Program-made: the position numbers and the translations under genes
The notes under the pieces: model-generated
The model's database searches: none
What the model was told of the DNA's origin: nothing
Seen by the model: only the letters and a program-made list of their open reading frames with translations
Assembly: GCA_964507855.1 (NCBI GenBank)
Contig: CAZDQS010000003.1
Coordinates: forward strand, 21,988-85,987
Reading direction: 5' to 3'
DNA: 64,000 nt
Origin: an uncultured Candidatus Saccharibacteria bacterium
GTDB taxonomy: Bacteria; Patescibacteriota; Saccharimonadia; Saccharimonadales; CAZDQS01
Shown here: piece after piece, positions 59,984 through 64,000 of the stretch
Layout: every line of letters starts with the position of its first letter
How positions within the stretch are numbered: position 1 is the stretch's first letter

Positions 59984-60523
59984 ATGAATATCCGTCGTGA
60001 GGACATTATTACGCCGGCTAACGCTGTGTCGGTTATGGGCTTGATGCTCGTTGTCGCCGGCTCTTTGCGGCTTGATACATTACCGGGCGTCATACTCATC
60101 GGCACAGGACGGCTGCTGGACATAGCTGACGGCTACATCGCCCGCCGCACACGCACAAGCGAATTCGGGGCCGCGCTTGACGCATCGTTGGACAAACTAG
60201 CGATCCTTGTTATTGTCACCAGCGCCCTTTGGTATCAGGCTGTACCATGGCCGTTGCTGCTCTGGGTATTCGGGCAAAACCTCGTCAATGCCATGTTTGC
60301 CATAGCCGCATGGAGCAGGGGTAGGCCGCTACACTCATCACTGTATGGCAAGCGGACAATTTTCTTACAAAATCTCGCGATTGGGCTTTTGCTTCTGGCA
60401 CACTTTGTACCGGAGGGAGCAATCGAAACATTCGTGGTTGGAGCAGGTGTTATAGCCGGCGCGGCTAGTGTCCCGCTCGGGCTTCATGCTACCAAAAACT
60501 ATGCACACCAACTGCTTCATTAA
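59984..60523 (+). CDS. CDP-alcohol phosphatidyltransferase family protein
   Basis: 179 aa, multi-TM, with the motif DIADGYIARRTRTSEFGAALDASLDK (DGxxAR...G...D...D). Confidence 0.85.
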   Translation: MNIRREDIITPANAVSVMGLMLVVAGSLRLDTLPGVILIGTGRLLDIADGYIARRTRTSEFGAALDASLDKLAILVIVTSALWYQAVPWPLLLWVFGQNLVNAMFAIAAWSRGRPLHSSLYGKRTIFLQNLAIGLLLLAHFVPEGAIETFVVGAGVIAGAASVPLGLHATKNYAHQLLH

Positions 60524-60566
60524 TAACAACAGACCATTGGGCCAACGCGGCATATAATACATTGAT

Positions 60567-62054
60567 ATGGGCCAGGCACTATACCGAAAATACCGCTCGC
60601 GAAACCTTGCTGAAATTGTCGGCCAGGAGCATATTACGGCCGCGCTGACGACAGCCTTGAAACAGGGTAAAATTAGCCATGCTTATCTCTTTACCGGGCC
60701 GCGCGGTGTTGGCAAGACCAGTATTGCCCGTATCCTGGCCTATGAGGTTAATAGCCTGCCATACGATGACATAAGGCTGCCGATTGACATCATTGAGATT
60801 GATGCTGCCAGCAACCGGCGCATTGATGAAATCCGCGATCTGCGCGACAAAGTGCATATTGCGCCAGCTAACGCCAAGTACAAGGTCTACATTATTGACG
60901 AAGTGCACATGCTGACCAAAGAGGCCTTCAATGCACTGCTGAAGACACTTGAGGAGCCGCCGGCACATGTTATTTTTGTACTAGCTACGACCGAGGCGCA
61001 TAAGCTTCCGGAAACCATCATCAGCCGGACGCAGCGCTTTACCTTCAAGCCTGTCATGCAGGATAAAGTCGTGGCCCACTTGCGCTCCATCGCCGAGAAG
61101 GAAAACATCGATATTGATGATGACGCGCTCGCCCTGATAGCTGCCCACGGAGAAGGCAGCTTCCGCGATAGTATCAGCCTGCTTGACCAAGCAAGCAACA
61201 CGGCGCAAAAAGTCACGCTGAATGACGTCCGCGCCCTCTTGGGTATTGCCGCGCCGGAAGCCATTGACACCATCCTTGAGCTTATAGCAACCGGCTCGCC
61301 GAAAGACTTGCTGGCCGAACTGAAGTCGCTTCGGCACCACGGCACGCACGCCGCCTCAGTTGCTACGCAACTCAGTGAGCGTATTCGTCGCGGCATCGTT
61401 GAAGATACACCGCTCATGCCGCTTCAGGACGCAACGACGCTGCTTGGTGAACTCCTCAAAGTACGGGCTGCCGATGATAGCGAACGAATGCTGGAAATCG
61501 TACTGTTGGATACACAGTTGAAGCGGCAAGGTCAACCAGCGGAAGCCCTACCTACGTCCACTACGCCCGCTCCGTCGCCCGAACCCCAGAAGCCAGCCCC
61601 CGTTCCCATAAAGGATGTTAAGCCGCCCAAAAGCGCTGCAGCCAAAATCGAACCTACCGAGACCCCATCAATAGATGCCACGCCAGCCGACGTAAAGATA
61701 ACCGAACTATGGGCCAAAGCGCTTGACGTGATCCGTCAGAAGCACAATACCCTGTATGGAATACTGCGCACCGCGGAACCCCGCAAGGGCAGTGGTGCCA
61801 CACTGGTGCTAGCCTTTGCTTATCAGTTCCACCTCAAGCGCATCAGTGACGCCAAAAACAAAAAAATAGTCATGGACATCCTCGCCGACATCAGCGGCAA
61901 GCCGTTTAGTATTGAGTGCATTATCGATAAACAGGCGTTGCCACCGCCTGAGAGCAAGGCACCGAGCAGCACGCAACCTGTTCAAGAGCCGCCAAAGCAA
62001 CCGCCGGCCGCCGTTACCAGCGTTTTCGGAGAGGCGGAAGTGCTCGAGGCGTAG
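60567..62054 (+). CDS. dnaX: DNA polymerase III subunit gamma/tau
   Basis: 495 aa with HAYLFTGPRGVGKTS, DEVHML and SRTQRF, plus a Pro-rich C-terminal region. Confidence 0.92.
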   Translation: MGQALYRKYRSRNLAEIVGQEHITAALTTALKQGKISHAYLFTGPRGVGKTSIARILAYEVNSLPYDDIRLPIDIIEIDAASNRRIDEIRDLRDKVHIAPANAKYKVYIIDEVHMLTKEAFNALLKTLEEPPAHVIFVLATTEAHKLPETIISRTQRFTFKPVMQDKVVAHLRSIAEKENIDIDDDALALIAAHGEGSFRDSISLLDQASNTAQKVTLNDVRALLGIAAPEAIDTILELIATGSPKDLLAELKSLRHHGTHAASVATQLSERIRRGIVEDTPLMPLQDATTLLGELLKVRAADDSERMLEIVLLDTQLKRQGQPAEALPTSTTPAPSPEPQKPAPVPIKDVKPPKSAAAKIEPTETPSIDATPADVKITELWAKALDVIRQKHNTLYGILRTAEPRKGSGATLVLAFAYQFHLKRISDAKNKKIVMDILADISGKPFSIECIIDKQALPPPESKAPSSTQPVQEPPKQPPAAVTSVFGEAEVLEA

Positions 62055-62094
62055 CGTATCTGCAGCTGGTAACGTACACTATATATAGGACTTT

Positions 62095-63501
62095 ATGAAG
62101 CATTCGAGAACCGACCAACCGAAGCGAGGTGTTATGAACCCATCAGATACCGGCGGTGCAAAACTTCCGCCCCAGAATACCGAGGCGGAGGCAAGCCTGC
62201 TCGGTGCAATCCTGATAGATAGTGATGCTATTGTTAAAATCGCCGACATCATTAGTCCTGATGATTTTTATGATGAGCGCAACAAGTACATTTATGAGGC
62301 CATCACCAAGCTCTACGAACGACACAGCCCAATTGATGTCCTGACGTTATCCGATCAACTAAAGGCCGCTGGCTACCTCGATGCCGTGGGCGGACCGGCG
62401 TATTTGACCGAGCTAACTAACTTCGTCCCGACGGCAGCACACGTCGAGCAGTATGCCGATATCGTAGCCCAGAAGGCCATGCGCCGGCGGCTCATCAAAG
62501 CCTCGCAAGATATCGTCGGCATCGGCTACGACGAGGCCCAAAGCCTCCAGGAGCTTATCGAACTGGCCGAGAGCAAGCTTTTTGAAGTTAGCCAGCGGCA
62601 TATCAAGCAAGATATCAGCAGCCTGGAAAGCATTCTGGCCGAAAGCTTCGAGCGCCTGGATGAACTCCACAAAGACAAAGGCACCATCCGCGGCATCCCG
62701 ACCGGCTTCAAGGACCTCGATAACATCTTGGCTGGCTTGCAGCGCTCCGATCTATTCATCCTCGCTGCTCGTCCCTCTATGGGTAAAACGGCGTTTTCGC
62801 TCAATCTCGCCCACAACATTGCGCTGAAGGGACATCCGGTTCTTGTATTCAGCCTGGAAATGAGTAAAGAGCAGCTCGTTGACCGCATGCTGGCCATGGA
62901 GTCTGGCGTTGACGCCTGGGCGCTCAGGACTGGCAACCTGACCGACGCCGATTTTGAAAAAATTGGCCAGGCTATGGGCACACTGAGTGAAGCGCCTATC
63001 TACATCGATGATACTCCTGGCATAACTGTTAGTGATTTGCGAACTAAGGCCAGAAGGGAAGCGCACCAACGGGAACTTGGGCTTATTGTTGTGGACTACC
63101 TGCAGCTCATGAGTGGCGGCGCCAAATTCGGTGGTGATGGCAACCGCGTACAAGAAATTTCCGAAATATCGCGCGGGCTTAAGGGCATAGCCCGTGAGCT
63201 TAATGTGCCCTTGATCGCACTCAGTCAGCTCAGCCGCTCCGTCGAAAGCCGCAGCCCGCAAATCCCCCAGCTTGCCGACCTTCGCGAATCCGGCTCTATC
63301 GAACAGGATGCCGACGTAGTAGCCTTCATTTACCGCGAAGATTACTACAACCCCGAAACCGAGCGAAAGAACGTCACTGATATCCTTATCAAAAAACACC
63401 GTAACGGCCCAACTGGCGGCGTAGAGTTGTACTTCGACAAAGAAAAGCAGCGTTTCCGCTCACTCGATACCAAGCACGCCTCGCAGCCATTTGAATCATG
63501 A
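62095..63501 (+). CDS. dnaB: replicative DNA helicase
   Basis: 468 aa with N-terminal PPQNTEAEASLLGAIL and a RecA-like core (ARPSMGKTAF, VVDYLQLM). An alternative start exists at ATG 62134. Confidence 0.93.
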   Translation: MKHSRTDQPKRGVMNPSDTGGAKLPPQNTEAEASLLGAILIDSDAIVKIADIISPDDFYDERNKYIYEAITKLYERHSPIDVLTLSDQLKAAGYLDAVGGPAYLTELTNFVPTAAHVEQYADIVAQKAMRRRLIKASQDIVGIGYDEAQSLQELIELAESKLFEVSQRHIKQDISSLESILAESFERLDELHKDKGTIRGIPTGFKDLDNILAGLQRSDLFILAARPSMGKTAFSLNLAHNIALKGHPVLVFSLEMSKEQLVDRMLAMESGVDAWALRTGNLTDADFEKIGQAMGTLSEAPIYIDDTPGITVSDLRTKARREAHQRELGLIVVDYLQLMSGGAKFGGDGNRVQEISEISRGLKGIARELNVPLIALSQLSRSVESRSPQIPQLADLRESGSIEQDADVVAFIYREDYYNPETERKNVTDILIKKHRNGPTGGVELYFDKEKQRFRSLDTKHASQPFES

Positions 63502-63646
63502 GACACCCTTTCAGGGTTTCTCATCGCTCCCTATCGAAATAAATTCGATCTCGAGCTAAAGCTCGAACCGGTGGCTGCTCTTCCCGGCCAGTGACGTTTA
63601 CTCGAGTCATAAACATTTTGGGATTTGCTATACTACTACCAAGCAT

Positions 63647-64000
63647 ATGAAGAAATTCCGACTTTTTGTGGCCAGCATGTGGCAACCAGCGGTCATCTAT
63701 GGGATTGCCGCTGTGCTCGTCGCAGTCCTCTTGTGGTACAAGCTGCCGACACTCGTACCAGCCGCCTCGCCATCCGAGGCCGAAGCCAGAGCAAGCGCCG
63801 CTAGCTTCACTACGCTTATTCAGGATCCTTTGTATTTGCCGCACAAGATTGGCCAGTTCATTATGCTGAAGTTTGGCGCTGACGGTGTACTCGGCATGCG
63901 GCTTGTCAGTACGGTTTTTGCCGCGCTTATCGCTGCAGCGTTTTATCGGATATTGCAGACATGGTATCGGCCGCGCATAGCCGCCATTGGGACAGCCTTG
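63647..64000 (+). CDS. hypothetical membrane protein, N-terminal part (runs off right edge)
   Basis: Not in the ORF track because no stop occurs in the window. Hand translation is MKKFRLFVASMWQPAVIYGIAAVLVAVLLWYKL...; TGCTATACT lies 13 nt upstream. Confidence 0.55.
   Translation, partial: MKKFRLFVASMWQPAVIYGIAAVLVAVLLWYKLPTLVPAASPSEAEARASAASFTTLIQDPLYLPHKIGQFIMLKFGADGVLGMRLVSTVFAALIAAAFYRILQTWYRPRIAAIGTAL

Overview
This 64-kb chromosomal window reads like a small-genome Patescibacteria/CPR-type bacterium. That call is an inference from four observations: no L30 gene between rpsE and rplO, no adk/map between secY and infA, cysteine-free S14/L36/L33, and tightly overlapping genes. It cannot be verified without a database search.

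Backbone, left to right: rpoB (3' part)-rpoC; rpsL-rpsG-fusA; tuf; rpsJ; rplC through rplO; secY; infA-rpmJ-rpsM-rpsK-rpsD-rpoA-rplQ-rplM-rpsI; pheA; trpS; an RluA-family pseudouridine synthase; holB; a TPR protein; a FemAB-like gene; a tRNA cluster (Thr-UGU, Tyr, Thr-GGU); a PspC-domain gene and rpmG; tRNA-Trp; a P-loop kinase; a DUF45 hydrolase; an orphan histidine kinase; a membrane GT2; secE-nusG; a sigma-70 factor; rplK-rplA; a dTTP-synthesis block (tmk, dCMP deaminase, MazG-like, tmk-thyX fusion); ridA-ilvA; rplJ-rplL; GDPD; a CDP-alcohol phosphatidyltransferase; dnaX; dnaB.

The stand-out is a 7.4-kb lower-GC insertion at the 3' end of tRNA-Thr(GGU), 33291-40714.
- It is built from two abutting modules, each bounded by perfect long inverted repeats (120 bp and 266 bp).
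- Both repeat pairs share a 6-bp GCTCCA core with the tRNA end.
- Module 1 holds only a large serine recombinase.
- Module 2 holds five genes: a 5x tandem TCSR-repeat peptide gene, translationally coupled to a peptidase-like protein with a degenerate HALGH motif; a TGS-less thrS; a possible GT-A-like protein; and an AstE/AspA-family zinc deacylase.

Other notable signals:
- a Phe-rich leader peptide with competing terminator/antiterminator pairings upstream of pheA;
- small ORFs wedged into otherwise universal ribosomal operons (rpsG|fusA, fusA|tuf, rpsJ|rplC, rplK|rplA);
- rpsJ isolated as its own transcription unit;
- rplKA separated from rplJL by about 8 kb;
- an approximately 90-aa N-terminal extension on L1;
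- tRNA 3'-end fragments that look like integration scars.

All calls come from reading the sequence and the ORF track by eye. No homology search, tRNA scan or folding program was run. Promoter, terminator and RNA-structure calls are manual and low to moderate confidence.
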